This document shows positions 1 to 10,332 of a stretch of DNA of 64,000 nucleotides, piece by piece. The notes beneath the pieces were generated by a model, which was not told where the DNA came from, did no database searches, and worked only from the letters and a program-made list of their open reading frames with translations. The DNA lies in the NCBI GenBank assembly GCA_964019335.1, contig OZ025759.1:144001-208000 (forward strand). The letters run 5' to 3'. The position numbers and the translations under genes are program-made. The stretch's first letter is position 1; every line of letters begins with the position of its first letter. The DNA comes from Diplonema japonicum (taxonomy: Eukaryota > Protista > Euglenozoa: Diplonemea).

Positions 1-2
1 CC

Positions 3-596
3 GATGACATCCACAGGAAGTCCATCATCGGTAGCATCAGCTTCGACTTGCCCCAACCCTCTGTGTCCTTGACATCCGGACCACCGCATGTCACGTGCTA
101 CAAAGCTACTAAACGCATCGCTCGGAAGCACAACGCACCCAAGAAGGCGTGGTACAGCAGCTCTTCAACAGATGCAGCTGTCATCTTCAACAACAGAACT
201 GTTCTGCGAAAGCGACCGATAAGCACAGCAAGACGTCCGCAGCAGACTCTCAAAGAGTACCAGAAAAACCTTGCTGCCGAACGCGTGGAAGATCCTGCAT
301 TCTATGACTTGCTAATCAGCGTGAAGACCACCGAGCTTGTTGGCTGCGTAAGCATACTTGCAAACATAGGGCATCAGGAACACCTCATGCCGACCTTGAC
401 ACCAGACGAGGATGGATGTTTCCTGTTCAGCCCTTGCTTGATTCCATGGGTGCCGAGGCCCTCTTTTCTGTATGAGAAGGATGTAGTTATTTCTCTTTAT
501 ACACCGTTGCCTTCCGGTGACGACCTGGGGGACCTGCTTGCAGTATTTGAGGTGCGGTACACTGCGAAAGTAGAAGTTCGCAAGTTGAGCGTGTAG
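3..596 (+). CDS. Hypothetical protein, 5'-partial (runs off window start)
   Basis: Frame is open from base 3 (DDIHRKSIIGSISFDLPQP...) to TAG at 594-596; same strand and composition as neighbouring genes; no recognisable motif. Confidence 0.6.
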   Translation, partial: DDIHRKSIIGSISFDLPQPSVSLTSGPPHVTCYKATKRIARKHNAPKKAWYSSSSTDAAVIFNNRTVLRKRPISTARRPQQTLKEYQKNLAAERVEDPAFYDLLISVKTTELVGCVSILANIGHQEHLMPTLTPDEDGCFLFSPCLIPWVPRPSFLYEKDVVISLYTPLPSGDDLGDLLAVFEVRYTAKVEVRKLSV

Positions 597-668
597 TGGG
601 TTATTTTTTTTCCTCTACGCGCAAAGAAAAAAAGAAAAGAAAAAGGGGGGACATAAAATATAGTAACA

Positions 669-995
669 ATGTCGCAAGATGACCAGCTATCACTGCTGCC
701 GGAGAAGGTAGTGAAGAACGTGCAGATAGTAGACAAGATAAAGACCTTTGCGGCATGCACCACAGGGGTGCTGTCTGGTGTCATTGGGTTGACTGGTTTG
801 AACGGGTTCATGGCATTCTTCATCCTCAGCGTGTTGGTGGTAGGTTATTTGCAGTACGTGATCATCGGTGCCTCAAAATCAAAAGACTACTTTGCGCCAG
901 ACTACTCCTTGTTCTCCTTCGGCAACATCATCGGTGCCTTCGTGACCTACGTTGTCGTGTGGACCATAGCTTACGACACTGTACACATATTCTAG
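669..995 (+). CDS. EMC6: ER membrane protein complex subunit 6 (Rab5ip/EMC6 family)
   Basis: 108 aa with G..SG.IGLTGLNGF transmembrane motif and C-terminal F.TYVVVWTIAYDTVHIF, matching the EMC6 pattern. Confidence 0.85.
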   Translation: MSQDDQLSLLPEKVVKNVQIVDKIKTFAACTTGVLSGVIGLTGLNGFMAFFILSVLVVGYLQYVIIGASKSKDYFAPDYSLFSFGNIIGAFVTYVVVWTIAYDTVHIF

Positions 996-1144
996 CTGGC
1001 GCATAGCAGTGTTTTTGTGTTTAAAAAATATTTTATTAGTGTTTTTGAGACCTTGCAGTGTTTCTTTAGTCATATTACGTTATCTGCAGCCCAGCCTAAC
1101 CTACGGAGCATCTTCGTATCCCCGCTCAGGTCAAATGCAGTAGC

Positions 1145-2257
1145 ATGCTCCGTCACGCAACCGATGCGAGAGTCGCAGGTGCGGTACACAGCAAGTGGAG
1201 GCACAAGGCAAAGAACTTCTCGGACGTTGACTTGGAAGGTGTGCAGAAGAAGCTGCGGGAAGACATCAACAGGCTGCGGGGGGCAGGGAACGAGGTGTCG
1301 GTGAACACTTACCACGAGGTGATGAAAGTGGTAGGAAAGGGCGCACATGGAGGGCAGCGGGTCATGCATTGGTATGACCAGATGACTTCACATGGCGTGC
1401 GGCCAGACAACACCACAAGTATGATTATCCTCAGGGCACATGGCCAGGCCAAAGATATCGTGATGCTGAAGAAAGCATGGAGCACGCTGTGCGAAACAAC
1501 ACCGCAGCCCCCCCTACCGGTGTACAACACCTACATCATGGGGCTGATCGCATGCAGACACTGCCATGAGGCGTGCAGGATGGTCAAAGACATGGAAGCC
1601 AACGGCCCCTTGCCGTCTGTGGTGACGTATACACTAATGCTGCAAGTGGACAAGGTACAACGTGAGAAGTGGACGGAGAAGATAAGGGAAATGAACAAGG
1701 GTATGCTTGACACAGAGGCAGAGATGGCGCTATTCAGGTTGGCATGTACAGAGGACGGGTACACAGAAGGGCATGCCTCTTTGCAGAACATGAGGGACAG
1801 GGGTGTGAAGTATGATGTTCGTGCCTTCCTGTACCTGCTGGGATGCTGTCGCTCTGGAGAGCAGCTTGCCAGTGTTTGGAACGAATGCAAGCGGGATGGG
1901 TTCTCGCACACTGTCGCTTGTTACAATACAGTGCTGGCCTTCCTGTCGGCAAGGGCCTGCCACGTGGATGACTCATTCCATAAAACTGTTCTTTTCATAT
2001 ACTTCACCGCTCTGCACGGTGCGGGGCACACCCCTTCGTACTCCACAGTGCGGCATGTGCTGCAGTCTTGCGCAAAGACAGGCGACGTTCTTGTCAGTGA
2101 GAAGGTGAGGCGGTCCCTGCCGAAGTTCGTGAAAGAAAAGTCCATCATTAACCTTGTGCTGGATTCATATCGAGAGGACTCCTTACGAGAGTCCCACCCT
2201 GAGAGGGCACCAATCTTTGCTGAGAGGGTTGCCGCTTTGGATGACTGCAAATGGTGA
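1145..2257 (+). CDS. Pentatricopeptide repeat (PPR) protein, probably mitochondrial
   Basis: ~35-aa repeats (M..HGVRPDNTT, PVYNTYIMGL, M...GPLPSVVTYTLML, VACYNTVLA); N-terminus MLRHA resembles a targeting peptide. Confidence 0.8.
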   Translation: MLRHATDARVAGAVHSKWRHKAKNFSDVDLEGVQKKLREDINRLRGAGNEVSVNTYHEVMKVVGKGAHGGQRVMHWYDQMTSHGVRPDNTTSMIILRAHGQAKDIVMLKKAWSTLCETTPQPPLPVYNTYIMGLIACRHCHEACRMVKDMEANGPLPSVVTYTLMLQVDKVQREKWTEKIREMNKGMLDTEAEMALFRLACTEDGYTEGHASLQNMRDRGVKYDVRAFLYLLGCCRSGEQLASVWNECKRDGFSHTVACYNTVLAFLSARACHVDDSFHKTVLFIYFTALHGAGHTPSYSTVRHVLQSCAKTGDVLVSEKVRRSLPKFVKEKSIINLVLDSYREDSLRESHPERAPIFAERVAALDDCKW

Positions 2258-2321
2258 ACTGTTTTGGTTTTTTTTTTTATATCCAGTCACATCACGTACC
2301 ATCACAGAAGGGGAGGCTGGA

Positions 2322-2798
2322 ATGTTACGGGCGATATCAGGCATTAGCAGGCAGGCGCGGTGGAGGTCGGTAAACAACCCTTCGAAGACAGGGTACCCGA
2401 ACGCAAAGTATGAAGTGTTCCGGACTGCATGGGTGAGACCCGAGGTGAAAGGGCTGACGTATTTGGACGACAAGACAATACCTACTTTGAACTTGACGGA
2501 TCCACATGAGAGGGTGGAGGCAGCCCTCGCAGGAGAAGGGACCCCCGACTCTTTCGAAAAGTTCCCTTGGGAACTGTACGGGCGTGCTATCGCCACCTCT
2601 GCGGTGTGCTCGGTGGTGGCATTCCTGTTGTTGCTGTCCACACTGAGTCTGTACTACAAACTACAGACGGAGAGGTTTATCGCAAGCAACCAGAAGCGAC
2701 AACTGCAGCAGATCCTTGCAATGGTTAACAAATTAGAGAGGCAGAACGAGGCTTACAAGCTACAGATAGAAATGCAGAAGGGCGACGTGCCCGCGTGA
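2322..2798 (+). CDS. Hypothetical single-TM protein with C-terminal coiled coil, probable mitochondrial presequence
   Basis: ATG 2322 after CATCACAG motif; MLRAISGISRQARWR; hydrophobic AVCSVVAFLLLLSTLSLYY segment; Q/E/K-rich tail. Confidence 0.65.
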   Translation: MLRAISGISRQARWRSVNNPSKTGYPNAKYEVFRTAWVRPEVKGLTYLDDKTIPTLNLTDPHERVEAALAGEGTPDSFEKFPWELYGRAIATSAVCSVVAFLLLLSTLSLYYKLQTERFIASNQKRQLQQILAMVNKLERQNEAYKLQIEMQKGDVPA

Positions 2799-2841
2799 TT
2801 TCTTATTTCTTCTTCTTGCTTATACAATCTTCATACTTCAG

Positions 2842-3765
2842 ATGCACCCGTCACAAACATGGCTGGAAAAGACAGGAAAGTACGCGACATGGCAGGGTGT
2901 CCTGAAGCACGCACACGTCTCGTACGATGAATTCCTTGAGAAGTGGGACGGTACTGGCAGCGTTGCAGATGCAGCGGAGAAGATGGGCTATACCAGGCTT
3001 GAGGCGGCAAAGATTGAAGCCCAATGGTCGCGGAGAGGACAGTTGATGATACAAGACTCCGATAAGTGGAAAGCACTGCAAGCAGTTCTTGTTGAGTACA
3101 ACTGGAAGGGGACACTTGTCGCGGCTAACCAGTGCGAAAAAGAAACCAGCGAGAGAGGGGCACGGTTCAGAGAACGGTGGGCAGGGCAACGCACTGTATT
3201 GACCCTGGTGAACGCGAAGAGCCAAGAGAAAGGCATTTTCGATGCAGTGCCCCTGCAAGTCAAGCCTGGGAGGTACGTAATATCTCTCTACGAGGTGTGT
3301 CTGGGTGTCATCAGATCAGATGCTAGCATGGAGCATGACACCTTATACAACAGAGACGAGAACACGTATACTGTACATGACAGCAGCAGATACATAGAAC
3401 GGTATAAGTGCATGGTGCAGGTGGACAATCCTCCGTCTTGCGAACCCCCCACAAGAGCTGCCATCAGGGACATTACCAATACTGCTATTAACGTATGCTC
3501 GAAGATAGCATCAGCAAGGGAGCAGGTCACGGACATGATTGATGCCTTCGAGCGATTTCACCAACCACCCCTCTCCGCAATGCCTGTTGTAGACCCTTTT
3601 GCACTCACCGCGCACTGTGAACTGGAAACCAACCGATTGGCCTCACTAGAAAAAGAAGGCTACGAGGGCAGCAATGTCTCGGTGACTATGCTTGCTGTGC
3701 ACAAAAAAGCTTTGGAGAACCCTTACAGCGTCATGTGGGTTTCGCCCCACAGCGCATCTTACTAG
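2842..3765 (+). CDS. Hypothetical protein (307 aa)
   Basis: Long ATG-initiated ORF directly after TTCAG, between pyrimidine-rich spacers; no family recognised. Confidence 0.65.
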   Translation: MHPSQTWLEKTGKYATWQGVLKHAHVSYDEFLEKWDGTGSVADAAEKMGYTRLEAAKIEAQWSRRGQLMIQDSDKWKALQAVLVEYNWKGTLVAANQCEKETSERGARFRERWAGQRTVLTLVNAKSQEKGIFDAVPLQVKPGRYVISLYEVCLGVIRSDASMEHDTLYNRDENTYTVHDSSRYIERYKCMVQVDNPPSCEPPTRAAIRDITNTAINVCSKIASAREQVTDMIDAFERFHQPPLSAMPVVDPFALTAHCELETNRLASLEKEGYEGSNVSVTMLAVHKKALENPYSVMWVSPHSASY

Positions 3766-3861
3766 ATGTACTTTTTGTTTTGTTTTCTGTTTTCGTTTTT
3801 CTTTTTTTTCTTTTTTTTTTTTTTTTTTGCTAATCAAACACTTTGTCATCCAGGAGGCAAA

Positions 3862-5745
3862 ATGATGGACCAGACGTCAGAGCTCCAGCAGACGGAAGAC
3901 ATGCTGATGGAGATACAAGATGAGCTGAAAGTGATGGAGGACAGGGTAGTGGACAGGGAGACGCAGATAGATGCAATCATCGACAAAAATAAGAAGAGAG
4001 AACGTGCCCTCCTGGACTGCCTGGAGGCATTGGTGGGGTACGTCACTATGATGGAGCAGAACGTGGTGCAGCCCGCTATCGGGAACCTTCTTGATGAGCT
4101 TCGAATCCACCACAACAACGTGGCATACAACAGGGAAGAAGCCGTTGGTAAAATAGGTCGGGCAGTTACCAGCAGCTCGTCTCGGTTGGGGAAGCTCCTG
4201 TCCCACCTGCACGACCCGTCTGCCAACGTGATGGCCATGGAGGATAAAAGAAAAGCAGCCTTCGGTGAAAGCGCTGTGTACCAGCCGGAAGATGCTTACA
4301 TCCTATCGCAGTCCCTCCTTCAAGACAAGGAGCAGATGCAGCAAATTATCAAGTTTTGCATGCAATGTTTGCAAACAGGCAAAGAACCGACATCTGACAT
4401 TGGTTCGGAAAGACAAGGGAGGGTCATCGAAAGACAGAACAGGGAGATCACCATGCTGCAGCAGCAGAACGACAGTCTCAAAGCTGAAGTGCAGAGGTTG
4501 CACAGCGTCAGCCAACAAGTGGTTCATCAGGCGAACGACGGTGGCAGACTGCAAGCAGAGCTGAGCATGATGGCACAAGAGAAAGGAGTCCTTGCACAGC
4601 AGATCGAGAGTCTCGAAAGCACAGTACGACAAGAGCGCAAGATACTGAATCAGAAGATCGAGTCCCTCCAAAACAGTCTTGGGCAGACCTCCGCTGAGAG
4701 GGACGCGGTAAAGGCAAGGATCGACCTATCCGAACGTGAAACCTCACAGGCAACAAGGGAGAGGCACCTTCTACAGCAGCAGAACCTCTCTCTGGACGGA
4801 GCCATCCAGCAGCTGCAGCAGGAGCGCTCCCTCACAGTCAGGAAGTTAGAACAAGCCGAAACAAAGAACTTGTTGCTTGAACAAGAACGTGCTATTGTGA
4901 GGCAGAAATTTGAAACTGTCGACAGGGCCCTCAACGAAGGGGAGAGCGAGAAAATGGTATGTGCGGTTACTTGCTTCTCACTTCAAAACACCAGGTATTG
5001 CGTGACGAACTTGAGTCCGCACGGAGCAGGATGTTCCATGGGGCAGACATGGATATAAAGGATGCCCTTCGCCATGTATGTGACAACTGCCACCAAAGCC
5101 ACCGACAGGAGAGGGAGGAATCCCACCGATTGAGGTTAGAGGTGGAGCTGTTGCAAAGGGAACGTGCTTCGGAGCAAAGTGAGAAGGGAGAGGAAGTATG
5201 TGTAATGGGCTCTGTAATTTTCAACACAGCTGACGGGGACGCGAACAGAGAACTTGCGTCTAAAGAATGAGTTTGATAGGCAGCATGTGCTGTTGGAACA
5301 GGCTGGCCAAAGGGAAGCAGAACTCACGACGAAATGTAAGGTGCTCACAGATGTCGCAGACAGACTGAAGATGGAGCTCGAGCAAGCAATCTTGTCAAAG
5401 CCAGGTGGAAACCTCAGTGCAGCTGGAATGACCACGGACGGCATGCATAACAGAATCACCGCATTTGAGATGAGTATGAACAAGCTGAATAACGAAGTGG
5501 GCAACGTGGAAGGGAGAATCAACTCCCTTGACGGAAGCCCTGATGCAGTCCACCAGCTTGACAAGGAACGTGCCCTCTTCGAGGCTGAGCGAAGCGAGTG
5601 CGACCAGATCGTCAAGCAGATGACTGAAGAACTGGAGCTGCTCGTCCATGAAAACCAACAGTTAAAACAGCAGCAGTCGCAGCAGCATCAACACCTTGCC
5701 GCCTCTAGCTGGGGGAACAAGCACCCAACCCACCACGCACACTAA
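3862..5745 (+). CDS. Long coiled-coil protein, 3 exons
   Basis: Introns 4957-4994 (38 nt) and 5196-5229 (34 nt), both GTATG..CAG, join three ORF-track fragments in frame (EKM|VLRDEL; KGEE|LTGTRTENLRLK); heptad-rich E/Q/L sequence. Confidence 0.8.
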
Positions 5746-5888
5746 TGTGCTTTGTAGACTAGATACTAGAGTTGTATTGTGTTTTGTTATCTGATATCCT
5801 GCAAACTCTTAATCTTTATGCGGCCGTCAGGGGGGTCTAATTGATTTTTGAATTTTCTTAATTTGGGCTCTTGTTGGCATGGATCGAA

Positions 5889-6120
5889 CATGCTGAAGTC
5901 TTGAGGTTATTTCTTGATTCGAGGACGCATTTGAAACATATTTGAAATCTGCGTTCATTCCACTAAGTATTTTATCATCTCGACCCATAGGAAGCTAATG
6001 TTAAGGCCTTGTACATCTTACACCTCAAAACAAAGATTTGGAATATCTGCGTTCATTCCACTAAATATTTAGTGTTCGAGGCATGAAGGTTCATTGATCG
6101 GATGTCGCGAGACCGTTGCC
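5889..6120 (+). pseudogene. Probable highly decayed non-LTR retrotransposon remnant
   Basis: Manual translation through stops/frameshifts gives AEVLRLFLDSRTHLKHI, KALYI and EA*RFI..GCRET, in the same order as AKYLGVILDADLSFGAH, RSLYL and EAARRITGCVKNT of the adjacent elements. Confidence 0.4.
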
Positions 6121-6309
6121 CAAACTGGGGTCCATTTGCTATTTCCTGGAAATTATGTTAAAAAAGAGGGAAAAAACTGGGGAAGTTTTTTTCTAGTTCT
6201 TTTCTTTTTGTTTTGAGGTCCCTTTTTTGTGTTTGTGTATCGTTAGCAATAACAATCGCTTCTAATTCACGTGCAAATCAGCAAGAAAAACATCGAGAAA
6301 AACATCACG

Positions 6310-8410
6310 AGTCCCCCTTCAGCCAGGTGCCTTCCAGAACCCGCTCTTCGGCCTGGGGGTGAACGCCGATGGCACGATCTCCGGGGACCAGGAGCTGGCG
6401 GGCCTTCAGGTTGTGGAGGCGGGTGGTGTGCGGATCCGCTGCGTGCGGGACATGCATGCAGCCGTGCGACGGCCCGACGTGGACTACGTTGCGGCCCGTC
6501 CCCTGCCTCTGTCTGAACACGCGAGGTACCTTGGGGTTACGGTGGACTCTGGGCTCACGTTCGGTGAACACGCACAGGACATCCTACGGCGGGCCAGCAA
6601 AAGGCTGAGGGTGCTGAAGCTCTTGTCCGGCACGTCCTGGGGCAGCAAGAGGGACACTCTGCGGTCTCTCTACGTTACGTACATCCTCCCGCTGCTGCGC
6701 TACTGCATGGGGGTCTACTACAGCAGGCTCGATGATGTCGGGAGGAAGGACCTGGCTGGGCTTCACCAGGAGGCGGCGGTGCTGATCACGGGCTGCTGGA
6801 GTGGCTCCGGAGGGTACAAGCTCCTAGCTGAGGCAGGACTGCTTCCCCTCGAAAGAATGGCGGAGGGTGCTGCGGCGACGATGACGGCGAAGGCCTTCTG
6901 CTGGCAGTCTTCCCCGGTTCACAGGGAGACGGTCAAGCTGAAGCAGGCGAACAGGCTGGGGTGTGGGTGGCTGCGCTCTGGCTACCAAGCACTGCGTCGA
7001 TGCGGGTTGGAACCAAAGGTGCACTTCGAGTACCTGTCGGCTACGCCCCTGGCGGCCCCGTGGCAGACAGGCATGGTCGACTTCAGGACTGACCTCCCCG
7101 GCGGGGTCACGCGATCGTCGCCAGACGCGGACAGGCGGAAGGCGGCCGAGGCTGCTCTTGCGGCCCTCCCCCCGGGCCATGCCTACACGGATGGCTCGGT
7201 TGTGCAGGTCGGACAGAAGGCGAAAGGTGGCTCTGGGGTTTATCTGCAGCTGCCTCCCCCCCTGACCCCTGTGTCTATGTGCCATGGCGTCAACGACTTC
7301 TGTTCATCTTTTCGGGCAGAGGGCATGGCTGTGAAAACGGCGCTGGATATGGTGGCTACCCTCCGAAAAACACACCCTTCGCTGGCGAAGTCCCCGCTGT
7401 CGATCTGCACCGACTCCCTCTCCCTCGTCGAGCAGCTGCGAGCTGGCCCAACGCGACAGAGGGAGAAGCTCGACCACCAGACGTGGAGCCGGCTGGTGAC
7501 CGCGGCGCGCACGCAGGGGACACCGGTGGTCCTCCAGTTTGTGCCCTCCCACTGTGGGGTGGACGGGAACGAGAAGGCTGACGCTCTGGCCGTGGAGGGA
7601 ACGAAGCGGAAGCAGGACAGGCCCTCCCTTGACTACCGATCAGTGAGGGCCCTGGTGCGACGGTGGGTGGTGCGGAGGTCCGCGGAGCTCATAACATCCC
7701 TAGGGCCATGGAAGCAACCTCTGCTTAATTCCTGGTACGTGGGAGGCTCCTCTTGAGGATGTCAGTCACCTTTTCCCTTTTTTACTCGACTCTCTGTTTT
7801 CGTATGCAGTATTTATTCTTTCCCACCCCTTTTTATCTATTTCTTCGCTTCTTCATCCTAACTTAAAACCATTTCAGTAGCCCACAACTACGCGGTGGCG
7901 ACCGAGCTTCGGTCCGCGCACTTCCCCCTTGGCTTCCCCAGACAAGCTGAAACGGTCATCTCGCGGCTGCGGATTGGTCACTCGGCTCTCTTCTTCGGCT
8001 TCCTGCAGACTGCTGGCCCGAACAGGAAGCACAAGGGTGTGCTCCGGTGCCCAGCCTGCCACGCAGCACCGATGTCCAGGGAGCATGTTGTCGGTGGGTG
8101 CCCTGTGATCGGGAAGGGGGCGATCGACACTCCTGCTGGTACTCCCTCCCTAGCGTTCTCCCTGTCGAGACGCGTGACCCAGATCTACGACCTCGTTGTT
8201 GAGTCTGGCCTGCTCGCCTGGTCACGCTCCGGACTGTTCACCTCGCCATCATCCACAGACGTCACTGCACCTTCAAACGTGCCGCCCCCTCCTCCGGTCT
8301 CTCTTGACGCCGGTCCCGCGGCCCCCGTGCTGCGCTAAGGGATCGCCCGCGTGTGTGTAAAGCGAAATGTTGTGTTTTCCACTTTCCTTTCCCTTCCTTC
8401 CCCTTCCTCC
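6310..8410 (+). mobile_element. 5'-truncated non-LTR retrotransposon (Ingi/I-group-like): RT C-terminus, RNase H, C-terminal Cys/His knuckle; interrupted at ~7697-7873
   Basis: ORFs 6359-7756 and 7895-8338 share a frame; motifs RYLGVTVDSGLTF, LSGTSWG, YTDGS, RAEG, TDS, FVPSHCGVDGNEKAD, RLRIGH, CPAC..H...C. No YADD or endonuclease in view. Boundaries approximate. Confidence 0.88.
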
Positions 8411-9990
8411 GTCGCGAGGCGTGACAGGGCCAAGTATCTAGGGGTCATCCTTGACGCTGACTTGTCTTTCGGTGCCCATGCCCGCGACATCATCGAGAGA
8501 TACGACAAACGAATTCGCATACTGCGGCTCCTCTCCGGCTCGTCCTGGGGCAGTTCCGCAGCATCACTCAGGTCCTTGTACCTGGCCTACGTCCTACCGG
8601 TGTTCACCTACTCGATTGGCATCTTCTTCGCACTGATGTCTGCTCAAGACAGGAAGGCACTGTGCATGAGGCACGATGAGGCAGCCCGACGAATCACGGG
8701 GTGCGTCAAGAACACCTCCACCTCGGCTGTACTGTGTGAGGCCCGCTTGCGCCCGCTCGACCTGATGGCCGACGCTGCTTCTGCCATTCTACTGCAGAGG
8801 GCACTGAGGTGGGTGGGAACCCCGGTGAACAGGGTGGTCAGGGGTGCAGCTACCGCAGGATGGGCCTTGGGAGCGCTGAAGGCGACGAGGAGTTCTGGGC
8901 TGAGTGCGGTTGCTTCCCTACCGCTAGGGCCTGATACGAGAGCCCCCCCCTGGGCGGAAGGCATCCACGTCGATCCCTACGCCACCGACACCAGGAGGAC
9001 ACTCCCCGACGATGTGAGGGCGGCAGCGGCTGCGGAAAAGCTGGACGAGATCCCAAGCGGCGCTCTGGTAGTGTACACGGACGGCTCGGTGATAAGGGGG
9101 AGAGGGGGAGCTGGGGTTGCCTTCAGAGTCCCCGACATGGACCTCACCCTTACCACCTCTCACGGGGCCGGCATGGTCTCCACACCCATGTGCGCCGAGG
9201 GCACCGCTATCCTGATGGGGTTGAAGGAGGCTGCGGAGGTGTACAAAACGGTCGTGAACCTGAGGGGCCGCCCTCTCTACCTGCTGACCGACTCACAGAC
9301 GATGCTGCGGAGGCTCGCTGGAGGCCCCGGACAGCAGAGGGAGTCCACGGACAGACGGATCTGGGATGCCGCTTCCTGGCTCAGGGCCAAACGCTCTGGT
9401 GATGTGCACTTCTGGTACATCCCCTCCCACTGCGGTGTGACGGGGAACGAGCTCGCCGACGGAGCGGCCAGGGACGGGCTGTCGAAGTCGCCTTGCGGGG
9501 TTAGCTACCGCTCCAGCAAGGCGGCCATAAAAGCGTGGCTGAGAGGAAGGTCGCGTGCGAGATACAACAGCGACTCCCCCGGCCACCACCGCCTCGTCAC
9601 CGGTGGCGAATGTCTCTCTCTCCCACCACTCAGTAGGAGGGATGAGGTCCTGATCGTTCGGCTCCGGACCGGACACACGCCTTTGATGAGGGGGTACCTC
9701 CAGCTCAAGGGACCCCTGAGGGCTGAGGGGAGTCATCACCTCACCTGCCCCGCCTGCAACGTTCAATCACCGCTCGACGCTGATCACCTGCTGAGGGGCT
9801 GTCATTCTCTGGCTCCCACAGCTAAGTCCTTCTACGACACTGGGCTGCCGCTCCGCGCGCTGCTTTCCAAGCACTCCGCCGAGGTCTGCGCCTTCATCGA
9901 GGCCTCCGGGCTCTTATCATGGTCTGAGTGTGGGATCTTCCCCCCGGCCGACGCAGCACAAGGGTGATCGTGAGCCCATTATAGACCCCC
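8411..9990 (+). mobile_element. Second 5'-truncated non-LTR retrotransposon of a diverged subfamily (RT thumb, RNase H, Cys/His knuckle)
   Basis: Open frame to TGA 9965-9967 with KYLGVILDADLSF, LSGSSWG, YTDGS, AEG, TDS, YIPSHCGVTGNELAD, RLRTGH, CPAC..HLL.C. Boundaries approximate. Confidence 0.88.
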
Positions 9991-10005
9991 CCCCCTCCCC
10001 CTTTG

Positions 10006-10037
<32 letters not shown>

Positions 10038-10045
10038 ACTCACAC
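9985..10045. repeat. Poly-C tracts followed by (CA)n microsatellite
   Basis: Directly visible C runs and cacacacaca tract just after the second retroelement. Confidence 0.85.
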
Positions 10046-10209
10046 GCAAATGGGCCAAGAAACAACCTCCCGGGAGGCAGCCACAGGGAAGGCCGGGAGG
10101 GCGCAGGGCGCAGCAAGAGAGTTACTCCAGACAAAAGACTGGACACACCCCACACCCCTCCCCCCACCCCCAGTTTCCCCCCAGTGGTTATTATTGCAAA
10201 AAAAATCGA

Positions 10210-10283
10210 GGCGCCTTAGCTCAGTTGGTTAGAGCGCACGCCTAGTAAGCGTGAGGTCGAGGGTTCAAATCCCTCAGGTGCCT
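10210..10283 (+). tRNA. tRNA-Thr (anticodon AGT)
   Basis: Cloverleaf: acceptor GGCGCCT/AGGTGCC, D arm GCTC/GAGC, anticodon stem CACGC/GCGTG with loop CT-AGT-AA, T arm GAGGG-TTCAAAT-CCCTC; no encoded CCA; T-runs downstream (Pol III terminator). Confidence 0.96.
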
Positions 10284-10332
10284 TTCTTTTTTCTTTTTCC
10301 TTCATCACACTCTTCAAGCCAAAACAAGTAAA

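Noticed and set aside
7700-7770. Pr77/HDV-like ribozyme signature of ingi/L1Tc
   Set aside because: The nested double-pseudoknot pairings could not be assigned by eye.
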